Assembly: GCA_965603825.1 (NCBI GenBank)
Contig: CBFDEM010000002.1
Location: 186,001-250,000, forward strand
From: Blepharisma stoltei ATCC 30299
Taxonomy: Eukaryota > Protista > Ciliophora
Reading direction: 5' to 3'
DNA length: 64,000 nucleotides
A program made the position numbers and the translations under genes. The notes beneath the pieces were generated by a model. The model saw nothing but the letters and a program-made list of their open reading frames with translations. It had not been told where the DNA came from and searched no databases. Of this stretch, positions 1 through 12,655 are shown piece by piece; the stretch's first letter is position 1, and every line of letters starts with the position of its first letter.

Positions 1-394
1 AAAGATTGAGAGATAGATAAAAGAATATATTTATTACTATTTCTTTTAGACATTTTTTTTAATATTATTGATTTAAAAGGGAATTAACTCCTCACATACG
101 TTTTAAAAAATGATTTCTTTAGATTTTAGAGACTTTGAGGTAAAATTTATTGTTTTAAGAAAGGAAGAAATATTGCTTTCTATTATTTTGAATTCAAAGT
201 CCTTCTCAAAATTTTTTAACGTATAACTTGGTGGCACATTATTATATACAATTCATGCTAAAAATGATTCGTTTTTATATTAAAATGTTTTATTTGACAG
301 CATTCAATTGATGAAACCTCTCTAAAGTTATTTGAAATTTATTAAGCATAAAATGAATGCATTTGCTAGCTATAAAAATTATTAAATTGGAGCA

Positions 395-949
395 ATGCAT
401 ATAATGGAAAATTGCTTAGATGATTTTATGTATCAGTTTTATAATACAATTGAAGGATCTTTAATCAAATACCTACGAAGCTATGGCCAAGCCACCTTGG
501 ATGAGTTAATTGATCACGTCTTGAACAATAAAAACCTTAGGACAAAATACTCAAAAAAGTACAGAAACAGGAACATTGAAAAGCTAACCCTATCCAAAAT
601 CATATCTAAAGATCATATTTTCATTGAAAATCAGTATGGGATTTGGACGCTTGATGTAATTATTATTCAGGAAAGTTTTGCATCTGAATATGAAATTAAA
701 AAAGTTACTGAAATCAAAGAAATAAAAGAAAAAGGACTTCAATCAAGAGTGGAGAAGTATAGAAAGGATAAAAGCAAGCTAAGAGACCAAGAAAATTTTA
801 CAATATTTAATAGGATTATAGATGAAGGTATTTTTAACAAACTTGAGCAAGTTGAAGAAATTTTACAGTCATCAAATGAAAATGCTCAGAATCAAATTTA
901 CGATATCTTTGAGTCTTTATTAGCTCATAATAAAAAATATAACACCTAA
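395..949 (+). CDS. Putative winged-helix (HARE-HTH-like) protein with basic coiled-coil tail; probable in-frame 15-nt intron 656-670
   Basis: ORF with pattern LIKYLRSYGQATLDELIDHV...IFIENQYGIWTL (helix-turn-helix plus F..G.W.L wing); paralogous in layout to the next gene. Confidence 0.6.
   Translation: MHIMENCLDDFMYQFYNTIEGSLIKYLRSYGQATLDELIDHVLNNKNLRTKYSKKYRNRNIEKLTLSKIISKDHIFIENQYGIWTLDVIIIQESFASEYEIKKVTEIKEIKEKGLQSRVEKYRKDKSKLRDQENFTIFNRIIDEGIFNKLEQVEEILQSSNENAQNQIYDIFESLLAHNKKYNT
656..670 (+). other. 15-nt spliceosomal intron (stop-free, phase 0)
   Basis: gtaattattattcag; A at position 10; same position as the obligatory intron in the adjacent paralog. Confidence 0.75.
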
Positions 950-993
950 AACATTGTCTTAAAGTCTTAATTGTATATATACAAATAATAAAA

Positions 994-1704
994 ATGGTCA
1001 AAAATAGCCTTAGTTTCCAAAACCAAAAATCTTCTCAGAGCATTGAAGAACTTCCTATAGAAAGAGAAAGAGAAGAACAAATTACTAATCTTGCTCCTAA
1101 AAAGCATCAAAAAATTCCTTTTAATCAAGGTTTGAAACAGATACCAAAAATAGGGCGGACTTGTAGTCTTAATGACTCATCTACGATTTTTGAAAATCTT
1201 GCAATTGGCTGTGTTATTAATTTTCTGAGAAAATTCAGCCCTTCTCCTATTGAAAATATAGTGGAACATGTAAAATCCAATGAGCATTCACTCATAAACT
1301 CAGTCAAAGGGAAATACAAAAAAAACGCTTTTCAAACTGTGGATTATGTTTTGACATGGTATCCAAAAATTTTCAAATTAAATGACAGTTTTCATTACTA
1401 CTTGAATGTAAATATTATTTAGGAAGAAGAAGCTCTTAAATATGAGAGAGGATTCAAATTAAAGACAATCTTATTATCCAAAAATAAGAGGCTGAAATAT
1501 AAAGAAAAAATAAAACAACAAAGAGAAAAATCAGAAAAAAAGAAGAGAATTAGTGAGAAAATTGAAGCAGAGTTGTCAAATGGTGCTGAGCCTTCAATTA
1601 TAACGAAAGCTTACTTAGTGCTGACTTCAAGCAATGAAAAAGAAGCTGAGAGTTTACGCCTCAAGATAAGAAATGCTTATCTTACGCTTAAAAATTTAGT
1701 CTAA
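994..1704 (+). CDS. Second putative winged-helix (HARE-HTH-like) protein; exons 994-1407, 1423-1704
   Basis: VINFLRKFSPSPIENIVEHV...IFKLNDSFHYYL; frame continues after the intron (EEEALKYERGF...) to TAA at 1702-1704. Confidence 0.7.
1408..1422 (+). other. 15-nt intron
   Basis: gtaaatattatttag; removal deletes an in-frame TAG and restores a 94-codon exon. Confidence 0.9.
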
Positions 1705-2556
1705 TAGGCAAGCAAGCTTAATTATTCTATAGATTCTTATTCTTAATGGTCTATGGCAGTATTAGAATGCTTGATCTTCGTGCTCGCAATAGTAATCAGC
1801 CTTGTATTTTTTTCAAAAAATTTAGCTGCACTTTCTTTACTACTAAGCTAAGCCTGCAATTTGTCTTTATTGCCCAATTGCTTGATATAACTTTGCCGCG
1901 GCAATAATATCAGGCTTCTTCTAAATTGGCTCCATTTTATTTTGTCCCTTTGTACAAATATAGTTGCCAAAAGGACGGCTGTTAAATTTCTTCCATTCTT
2001 CTTTTATTAAGGTAGGAGACCTTTCTTAAAGCTCTAAAAGCAAAATTAGGCAGTCTGATCAAGTTTATTTTCAAATTTAGCTAATTTTAAGAAAATGTAA
2101 CATATAAAAATTAAAAATTTTTAAACCAAAAGCAACCCTTAAATCCTTTATTCCTTCCATGAGTTCTGAATAATTTTTTAACCAGTTAGATCTCTTCACA
2201 AAAACTATTTCCAGCCAATTTTTCAGCCTGTGAATCCTTCTCGATCGCCAACATCAGAAATTTCCTTTAAAACCAGCTCTTGCACCCCATTCCAAGCCTC
2301 CTTATTTCCCATTTTCATCCCCTTTTTCCCCCATAGTCATCTAGAATCATTTCCCCACCTTGCCACCCGCTTTCTAGGGGCAGGAGCTAAAGTTTTCCTC
2401 CCTGCATCTTTATTATTATAGCTTTCCTCGGAAAAGTCCTTATACTACACACAAATATGGAATCTCCCTTTCTTCGCAAAAACAAAAATCGTAAAAATTT
2501 TTTCCAAGACCGTTTTGTAACGCACTTATAAGCCAATTCGAATTTAAAATCTCAAA

Positions 2557-5500
2557 ATGAAAAGTCTTATAAGCTTTCTCGCTTTAATATGACTTGCCTT
2601 AGCAGATCCTACAATGACTACGAAAAATGGATATTTAGATCCTGGCAGAATTGTGTGGTGGCAAGATAAGTGGGCTCCTAATCCAATTGAGCTCACCCAA
2701 ACTAACGCTGGGGCTACTTCAGTCAGTGTGGTTCTTCATTTTAGACCTTTTACCTCTATAAATTCTGACAGCAACTCTGGAATTGTACAATTGATTGTTC
2801 CTTCAGCTTTCTCAAGTACAGGAACATATTCTTCAGACCCAATGACAATCACAGGAGGCACTGATATGACTGCGACATTTGAATTAGACACCTCCTTACC
2901 TTCTGCAGGAGTTTATGGGCCTTTTCAAGTGCTTACTAGATCTTCATCAACTGGGCAAATTTACGACACAAACTACGTATTCGGTTGTGTCGCAGTTTCT
3001 GCCTCAGTCACAAGTTCTTCTTCTCTGGCAACCGGCGCTGCTACATTAACTTCAACGACTGGTTTTGTTGGCTCAAAAGATGCATTGACCTTTACTTTTA
3101 GTATTCCTTCTGGCACCAATCTGTGAAAGCATGATATTTTTGAAATCATTCCTGACTCCAGTTGGACTGTGACTACAAGCCCTACCTGTGCATCAGTTGA
3201 TATAACTTCAGTCACCAACTATATCAAAGGTCCTGACAATGATAATACTTTACCTTGTGCTATTGCAGCAACTGGAGGGGCAAATGGAGGATTTAGCACT
3301 GCAGCCTCTACAGCTAGCCCTGCTAAAAATAGTATTTATATATATGGACTGTCTCAAGATGTGATTATTACTTCAAGCTACCAGATTAAGCTCCAAGTTT
3401 CCTCCTTTACTTTCCCATCTTCTGCTATTGCATCAGCAAGCTATTCCTGGACACTAAAAATATGGAGATGGGGGACCACTAATTTACTTGCCCAATATAC
3501 AGGCTCTGGACCATTTAAACCAGCTACAGGTGCAATTACAGTGACTTCATGGGCTCCTTACAATTCCAATCTAGCTTCTACAGATATCCCAAGCTCTAAT
3601 TCTTTTAATATTTTCACCAAGCTGACTTTTCAAATCGCCCATCCAATTTCATCAGGCACTATTGCTATCACCTTTACTGGTGCTGATATATATAGTCAAA
3701 ACTGGTATGAAGACATTGGATCTGGTACTGGACAGCCAGCATTATGCTACTTGAATACTTATGTATCAGGAGTCAGTTGCAGTGTATCAACTACTTCTTC
3801 AGTTGCTACTATTACTATAAGCGATACGACCCTAGCAGCTTCTACATCTATTTCAATCACTCTTTTGACTCAACTTACTTCTAGCGCTAAAGTTAGCACA
3901 ATAATAAGCAATGATGGGACTGCAAACATAGATACATTGGCCTCTGCATATTCATGGTCTTTCAGCTCTGCCTCTTCTTATGCATCCATGACTGGTTTCA
4001 AATTTTATGCGACCAATGTAGCCCAGTATGGTGGGACTACAACAGTCAGCACAAATCTGCAAGTAGGAGGTAAACTTGTTAATTCTCAATATTTATTATG
4101 GTATGTAGTGCCATCAACAGCATGGACAACTGGAGCTACTTTAAAAGTTTATTTACCTTTCTCAACTGCAGGAGTACAATTAGCTCAAACCTATATTAAA
4201 TCGTCAGCAACATACAAAGATGCAGCATTTACTTCTAGCACTAGTGATACAACTCTTTCTTCGACAGCAACTGGCACTGCATCACTTAGTTCTGGATCTC
4301 CAGGAACAATTACAATTACTTTTTCAGGAGCAACTATCCCAGCAGCAGGAGGCACCTATCCATACTTTGCCTTTGCATATGGAGATTCCGCAGATAGTAC
4401 AACTGCCTTACCATTTGTCAACTCAAATGCTGGTACTTTTTATGAGTGCTGGGCAAAAGTGTTTACATCAAGCACCTCATCAACTGCATTTGAAATCTCC
4501 AATTATGTTTTCTCCGTTTATACCTCACAAACAGATAGTGCATTAACAGCTGTTCCAATGTGCACAGACAAATTTGCAGGAATTCCTATTATTGTTAACT
4601 ATCATGCTTTAGATAGAGACTTTACGTTTGTGGACTCCACGTATCATTACTATCTTGACGTTGAATTTACTGGAGGGGTTGGTACTAATTTAGGCTCTGG
4701 CTTAAGTGATAACAGTGCTTTTCCTGTAACTACTACATCTTCTTCAATTACTCCAACAGCCACAATCAAATCAAACAAAGTGACTATATCAGGATTAGGA
4801 ACTGTCAGCAGCGATGGTAATGTTGTTCTATTATTGCCAAATGGCGAACCAACTGGAACTATAGCTGTTACTTTGAAATTTTATTATGTCCTTATTGGAG
4901 GAGACCCTACTATAAAATATTACTTATACTCTGGATCATCTTCAACTAATTTAAACAGTGGAGCTGCTGCTGGCTACGGCAGTTCATCAGTAACAAGCCC
5001 TACATCTTACACTGTAGGAGGCAGTGCAGATACTACAACTGGGTCTGTCACTGTTAGCACTGCAGCTTCAGCTGCATCAGGAGATTGGGTTGGAGTTGGC
5101 TTACCTAAAGGCTTTACATTGTCATCATCTGGCTACGGAGTTTCATTAGGCGGTATTTCTTCAACAGCTTATACTGTCTCTTCTTCAAGCAGTACATTTA
5201 CTGGAGGATTTATAGTAGGAAAGTTAGCAAGCGCAGTTGCTCTTTCAGATTCTTCAGCATCAACTTTTACTATTTCAAATTTGGTTCCTCCAACAACTAC
5301 AGGGAAGTCCTCAGATGAAGCTTCGGTCAGTTTCGTTGTTTTTGCAGCATCAGCATCATCAACTACAACGTGCAAAGCTGCAGGCTCTGTATCTTCTGCA
5401 TCTGTAACGCTTAATGCTGGCACAATTACATCAGACACATGCTCAATTGACAAAGCTTACGCTCAAGGCCCAGATTCGGTAGATTCCACCCTGACTCTTT

Positions 5501-8500
5501 CATTTGTGACTGTTAACACTATTCCTGGTGGTGGAAAAATTTCGTTGACTCTAAACTCTGGAGCTTGGACTATTAGTACTTCAGATGTAGAAACTACTTG
5601 TGAGGGTGTTGGCTTTACAGACTATTCTGACCTTACTGCTAAAAGCTGTACGATTTCAAGTTCAGTTATTACTTTAGAAGGATTTGCTTCAATTTCTGCA
5701 GGAACTGTTAATGTAAAAGTTTATCATATAATTCCTGCTTCAGCGTCGACTGAGACATTAACTTGTTTTTCATCAGTCAGTACTTATGATTCAAATGGTT
5801 ATCTCATTGATATAATTGGCTCATCAATAGCAAACTCAGTTACTTTGACTGTTTCAACAGATACTGGGAGCACAAATAGTGGACTAGTAGCAAAAGCATA
5901 TCCTAACGTAGCTAATACAATTGCAGACATTTATCTCAGTTTTTCTTTTTCTAAAGCAATCCCTGCTTATAGTACAATACAAATTAATCCTGGCTTTGTC
6001 AGTTCTTGGACTGTGTCCTCTTCTAATATCCAGAATTCGTGCTGGACTGACCAATATACTTATTCTTGCACTGTGTCTGGCAGTTATGTATCCTTAACAC
6101 TAGCAAATTCAGTTGCTGCCAGCCAAGCCATCCAAGTTTACATTGAGAGTGCTTTGACTTTACCTAGTTCTAATTCTACATCAAGCGGATGGACAATTTC
6201 TACCTCATGGAATGGAGTGTCCATCACTGCTGACTCTACAACAGTCACTACTGCAACTTTCCCATTCGTTGTTGGTACTGCTGTTGAAAATGCTATCACC
6301 TTAGCATCTATTACCCAAGTTAATACGACGACTGCAGGCGAAATTTCTTCATATGCTTTTAGCTTTTCTTCAGCCTCAGCAGTAGCTACTACTGATTCAT
6401 TCGTTATACAGTTTCCGAAAGAATTTGATCCACATGTAGGCGATGCTAAATTGGTGTTTAATGACTGCTTGCCTAATAATTTTTACCTAACATGTGGGTC
6501 AACTGCTCTGGGGATTACTAGCGGAACTCTTTGCTCTGTTGACCATTGGAAAGTTGTGATAACAGGAATTACTAAGACAGTAACTGCAGCCTCAAGTATA
6601 GATATTACAATCGATATGGTTCAAAACCCAGTATCAGTATCTGGAACATTCAGCTTTTACCAATATGGATCAGACGGGTCTGTAAAATCATACCTACAAC
6701 AAAGTGGTACTGTTTCAACTACAAGCAATGTAGCAAACATCGTATCACTTAAAAACGTTACTATTGATTCCACAGAACTTTCAGAAACAGCAACCTATAC
6801 CTTTAACTTCTACGCTGCAGCTACATACACCCCAGACTATATCATTTCAATATTATTCCCTCAACAATTCAATAACAAGCTAAAAATGGGCAGCTCAGCT
6901 ACATGTAAATCTGTTTACTATGATGAGTCTTCCTCATCTACAAGCACAACTACCAGCACGACTTTCAGCTCTACATCAACTTGTACTATTAATGGAAATA
7001 ACGTCACCCTTTCATTCCCATCAGGAACAAGCCTAACAACGGCATCTACCTCAAGAATCGAAATTCAACTGTCCTCTTTCTATAACCCAGAATGGGGATT
7101 CACAAGGTCTGCTGGATGGGATGTGACTGACTATGAAACTTTTACTGGAACTATTGAGCCTGACGAGTGGAGCAATAAATTCGATATTGCCATCTCCCAA
7201 TTCAGCACAGGCAAAACTTATGCTAAAAGCTATGGTGTCCTTCACTCAGGATTTATTGGATATACATTAAGTACAACTAGTATCAGTGTTGGCTCTTATG
7301 ATGCAACCAATGCTTCTGGAGGTATAAAATTGCTGCCTGGACAGCAAAGTTCTGATATCACTGTTTCTCTTCTTGATAGCAATAGTTGGCCATTGAAATC
7401 GAAATCACTTAAACTGTCTCCAACTTCAAATACTAATTACCCTGACAATGGAGCCCTTGCATATTCCTCACTTCATTACAGTTACACTGCATTCCAAATG
7501 ACTTCTCAAATCAAATTCAGAGTGGCAGCCACCAGCAGTGCAGTATCTGGGATTTATTATATTGATTGGGGAACACCTGTTGAGTCCTTACAAGATGGAG
7601 TTTCAACAGCTTTATATAGTGCTCCATTGAGTATACTAGTAGAAGTTTGCAGTTCTTTAACAGCTATATCTATCACAGTCGATTCTTTACCAACCTTCTA
7701 TCAATACTACACCAGTCTTCCAATCAAAGTGACTCTTGCAAACTCTCCAGCTACTCAGTTGATCGTTACTCCAGCATTCTCTGTCACAGGATTTACAATC
7801 ACCCCTACTTCTCTTACATTTACACCTAATGTGAATGAGCTTTACTTCCAAGTTGTCGTCGGGTCAACTTATGTAGCCTCCACAACTTCTCCTACACTAT
7901 CATTTACCCTTTCAGGGACAGACTCAGCTGCTTTTACAGCCCCAAGTAAGTTGACAGCTACAGTTTCCACGTCATATCCTTCAGTTGTTTCAGTCACTCC
8001 AGGATTGACTGGGACTAAAGTGAGCGGATCAGAGTACAAAATTGCAGTTACTACATCAATAGCTGGAGTTTTGTACTGGGGGCTTGGGTGCCAGGGCTCT
8101 GAAGTCCTTACTTTTGCTGGACTTTCAGCCTTGGTTTCAGATCTGGTTAGCCCATCAAGCTCTATTCAAACTCTTCAAGACCAATTGGATAGTGAATATC
8201 TGAGCACTGAAACTGATATTAGCAGCACTAAAGGGGATACTGATATTGCTTCTTTCTTCAAAAGAATTCATGCTGAGCACTGTGAGAACTATTGGGCGTC
8301 ATCTCAAGTTATAACGACTTCAGGTGCTACCTTTGACTTTAATTGGCTTATGGCAGGGACCAGCTACACTTTTACAGCTTATATTGCTACAAGGCTAACA
8401 AATGATACTACAGTTTACCCTATCAAGACTTATAACTTTACCACAGACTCTCTTGGTTCTATCTATACCACCTCAGTCACTTTTTCAGGTACCGTTTCAA

Positions 8501-9222
8501 CTAGCTCTAGCAATATTGCTAAAGTTTTAGCTAAGAACATGGGTGTAAATCCATCATGGTTATCATATGTAAGTTCATCAAGAAGAAGACTAGACGACAC
8601 TACTACAACTACGACGTATACTTATAATGTTCTTGCTGACAGCAGATATCCAGCTTATACTTCTTCAGCTATAATATCAAATCTTAATACCAACCAAGCT
8701 CAGGCAACTGCTGACTTCCTCAGTACATACTCATTGACTGCTTCAAGTTTAGGGACATCTGCAGCTGTTTCTACTGGAACAACCCCATCATGGTCAACTG
8801 CCCCTGCAAAATCTGCAGTCACTGCAACCTCGGCTACCTTTACTGCAGCTTCTTCACAGGCAGGAACCATATATGTGTCATGCTCAGATAATGATTTAAC
8901 AAGCCGCATTACTTATGCTTGGCAAGTTGTGGATGGGCTAGATGCTACTTCTTCATCAGTGCCTTCGTCAAGTGTAACGAGCGTTGCTGCGACTAGTGAA
9001 ACTCTGACTGTAGCTGGATTGACTGCAGGGACGACTTATGCTTGCTACTTTACTGCTTGCAATAGTTATCCACTGAATCCTCTTTGTATTGATTATGTAT
9101 CAAGCACTTCTACAGCTTTAGCAAGCGTTACAATTACAACTACAGCTACAAGCGACTCTAGCAATGCAGCTCTTATTGAAGCAAGCACGGTGTTGGCGTT
9201 CCTCTTAATTTTAGTTAACTAA
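2557..9222 (+). CDS. Giant Ser/Thr-rich secreted, probably GPI-anchored surface protein (2221 aa)
   Basis: ATG 2557 with signal peptide MKSLISFLALIWLALA; TGA=Trp at 2590 and 3124 joins ORFs 2614 and 3169; beta-rich repeats, SSRRRLDD motif, FN3-like GLTAGTTY segment, hydrophobic C-terminal tail after SDSSN. Confidence 0.9.
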
Positions 9223-10072
9223 AAAAACATTGCTTAAATGTATCGTTCTTAATCCATAAAATAAGATTTAATAATATAACAGTCTTTAGGCAGCTAAAGG
9301 TATTTAAAACTTTTCTGCATGAATTCATCGTAAATTGATTAAAAATAGCATTGTATGTAAATTATGAAGATCTGTACTAAATAGGCAGATTATTTTTTAA
9401 AATAATAAAAATATTTGTTCTAGTTTCTGAAATAAATGGCAAAGAGTGTTTAATTTGGGGTAAACTCAATTTTATTATCAAGCTCGGATTTTTTCATAAT
9501 TTTGATCAAACCCTGAAGAACTAAAATGCTTCTACAAGAATGAAGCCCATTACAAAAAGGGGACAGAATTTGATGCTTTACTTATATTAAGCTGTTTCTC
9601 ATAGCAGCTATAATCATAAGCTGGAGACTGGTTGCAACAATTTGGCATAAATATAGCCTTTTTTCAGAATTCAAGTATGATAAACTATTAAGAGATTCTG
9701 ACTAAGGTGTTTCCTGAGTAAAATTAATTATAAGTCATATAAGTGAAATTTGGTAATCAAAGATTAGCTTTTTCAACTTCAAGCATAATAAATATCCCAA
9801 GTTATGCTAAGGCCAAGGATAAAGAGTCTTAACATGATTTCTTCTTCCGATTTAACTGCAGCAATATAAAATATGCTAAAAATATAATTCGAAATCCTAT
9901 AATTATCCTCAGATATGATTCATTCATGTTGGGACATAATTAAATTTTTTATTGTGTTAAGAGCAGTAAGTAAAACAGAAGGAGTTTTCTTAAATTTTAT
10001 TTTAAGGCCTTATGTGATACTTTATATCTTTAGTTTAATTATGAGTAAATAAATTCAGACTTAATATGATTT

Positions 10073-10948
10073 TTAATTAAGGTCTTCTTTTTGAACGTCT
10101 TTACATAAGAATCTCCACGGCAACTCTTTTGCTTGAGATATTCCAATTCTTGGAGTAGTTTGCAGGTCAATTGGCCTATATCCTTCATCATAAATCTTTA
10201 TAGGACAGTCATTATCCAAAACAGACTTTCCGTAATATGCCATCGGTATCCTCATGCTTTTCACAAGTTTTGCTGGTCCATTCAGCATTTTTTTCTTATT
10301 TTTAACTCCTTCTCCTCCTAGCAAAAGACCATCTCCTCTCAAAGGTAAGCACCCTCTTATAAGAACAGCACAGCCTCTCCCAGCGTACTCAGTTTTAAAA
10401 TTAATGCATATATTTTGGCCATACACATAATATAAATAAATAGTGCCAGGCTCAGCAAACATAGCTTTATTTCTTTCTGATTTCCCTTTGAACGCATGAC
10501 AAGATGCTTCGTCTTGGGTATAGGCTTCTGCTTCATTTATGATTGTTGCAATGGTACCATGCTCAGAAGTATGCTCCATGACTTTTCCTATAAGCTCTCT
10601 GGCTACTGTTACAGTATCTTGCTGATAAAAGGACAGCGGCAATTCAGTTTTAAGGCCGCTTGATTGTGCAGGCTCTTCTCTGAGGATTGGAATGGAATTT
10701 TCAGTTGTTGAAGGGTCGTTTGAGGATGCAGCTCTTGCTTGCCATTCTGCTCTTTGTGACTCATCTAGCTGTTTCCATTCATTTCCGATTTTTTTGGCGA
10801 TTTCTGAGGAGCTAAGATTAGAAGATGTGGAACGGTATGTGTCTTTTCTGGCTTGAGCGAAAAGCATATAAGCAGATAAAGGTCTTTTGTTCGCTGCTTT
10901 TGGCGGTTGTTGATTTTTTAATGCTTTTTTCGCAACTTTTTTGACCAT
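10073..10948 (-). CDS. MPG: HMG-box / 3-methyladenine DNA glycosylase (MPG/AAG family) fusion
   Basis: N-terminal HMG box (KRPLSAYMLF...EIAKKIGNEWKQL); C-terminal MPG motifs FY...VARELIGK, EAEAY, YYVYG, AVLIR, NGPAKL, RIGIS, PWRF. Confidence 0.92.
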   Translation of the reverse strand: MVKKVAKKALKNQQPPKAANKRPLSAYMLFAQARKDTYRSTSSNLSSSEIAKKIGNEWKQLDESQRAEWQARAASSNDPSTTENSIPILREEPAQSSGLKTELPLSFYQQDTVTVARELIGKVMEHTSEHGTIATIINEAEAYTQDEASCHAFKGKSERNKAMFAEPGTIYLYYVYGQNICINFKTEYAGRGCAVLIRGCLPLRGDGLLLGGEGVKNKKKMLNGPAKLVKSMRIPMAYYGKSVLDNDCPIKIYDEGYRPIDLQTTPRIGISQAKELPWRFLCKDVQKEDLN

Positions 10949-11048
10949 TTTATTAAATCACTATAGCATTTTGCAATTCATTATAAAATTTACAATATAG
11001 ATTCACATAAGCATAAAAGTAGAAATTTATTATAAAAATAAAATTTGC

Positions 11049-12014
11049 ATGGCATCCAAATTGCCTGAATGTCCTGTATGCTTGGAGGAATATTCGCGAA
11101 CACAAATGCCAATGCTTCTTCCTTGTGGGCATGCGTTGTGCAAGCTCTGCTTCGACATATCAACCAAAAGGAACACAGTTGAATGTCCCCAAGATAGAAA
11201 AAAATCCAATGTAAAGAATTTATCCCCTGCATACGATTTGATGTCGACTATTGAGCAGCTCCAAGAGCTTAAGCTTCAAATAAATCAGGAATCCAGCGTT
11301 AAAGAGGAAACGCAAACACAATGCAATTCTAAGATAGATGTATTGGAAAAACAATTTAGAGAAAAGTTGACAGAATATGAAAGAACCTACCAAGAAAGGG
11401 CTGAAAAAATGATAGAAGAAGTCAAAAGAGAAGAGGAAGAAAAAAGGATCAGATATGTCGAACAAATGAATGAAATTAGCAAGGTGAACACTGAAAAGCA
11501 TCTCAAAAAACTTAGCCAAAAAATTAGACAAGGGAAAATACGAATAAATGGATCTGAGAACCCCAACATCAATCGAGAAAGGCAAAATCCAAGGGATGAT
11601 AACAGAATTTACTGGTCTTGGCAATCGTCAGACCATAAATGGAACGAATATGATCATAGCATTTCTTCAAAAATAGAGTCAGCATATAGGTCTGGTGTAT
11701 CATATGCAGTAGTAAAGGCAAATAATCGATCTATAAAAATCGATTTTGATCAATGAAGAGAAACCAGTGGATCAAAAATAAAACGAATAAATACTATAAC
11801 AAGTGCTCCTCTATGGAAATTTTTAAAAAGCCCCAAAAAATGGGTAGCATTACTTGACTCTGAATGCTTTAAACTTGATGTAGCATGAATTAACAATGAA
11901 AATCATGTTAGCATCAACATAGACGATGAAAAAAATGCAGTTTGTAATTTTGATGAAATGTCTTTGAGAATTCAAGACAAAAAATTTCCCCTTGTAAGAG
12001 AGATACTTTCTTAA
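11049..12014 (+). CDS. RING-HC + coiled coil + tandem WWE-domain E3 ubiquitin ligase-like protein
   Basis: CPVC...LPCGHALCKLC...CPQD RING; WSWQSSDHKWNEYD...IESAY WWE; read-through of TGA at 11754 gives a second WWE-like unit (WKFLKSPKKW...LDVAW...NFDEM) ending TAA 12012-12014. Confidence 0.85.
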
Positions 12015-12655
12015 AATTTTTGTTTCCATTTGCAGAAGGAGTTAATATAATTGTATTCCTTTTTAAAATTAGGTATTTTTGCAAATTTGTGAAATATCCC
12101 ATATTAAACGGGCTATAAAAGCCATTTAAAAATAAAATAGCATTTCACCTATAAAAGAAAAATATTGTTTCAATTTAAAGTTGATTAATTTATCAAAAAT
12201 AAAACATTAACAGATAATTTCGTAAAATACGGGAGCTAATAAGGAATTTTGTGCATTAAATCTAAAGAAAAACTGATTTAATCTTATAGCAAGATTAGCA
12301 GCCGATAAAGAAAATAAAGAAAAAGCATTTTTTAAGCAAGCACTTCATAAACAGTAAGTTAGTATAGTTCAAAGATGCTAAAAACCTTATGAGACAAGAT
12401 CTCTAAGGCTATTCAAGTAAAATTAAATATTAATTAAATAGATTTGGCTTTAAAATGGTTATCAAATGACCCAAACCCATTATATTTCAGAAAACTTAGC
12501 TATAGATTCTGAGATGTGCTTCCATAAATAAAATAACATCTGTTAAAAATACGTATTCATTATCAAGTATGATTTCTAATCATTTTGCATTCATTCATTG
12601 ATAAACTCCCTTTCAAAATTTATTTTAAATAAAACCGATTTTCTATTAATAAAAG

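Noticed and set aside
1740-1940. Possible minus-strand gene remnant (MEPI*KKPDII...)
   Set aside because: Multiple stops and no recognisable family
2200-2430. Pyrimidine/C-rich tract and 63-aa ORF upstream of the surface-protein gene
   Set aside because: Non-ATG start and low complexity; may be promoter sequence but no definable element
2973-8909. Short antisense or alternate-frame ORFs inside the surface-protein gene, and similar ones inside other genes
   Set aside because: Shadow ORFs caused by codon bias of the real gene; no motifs
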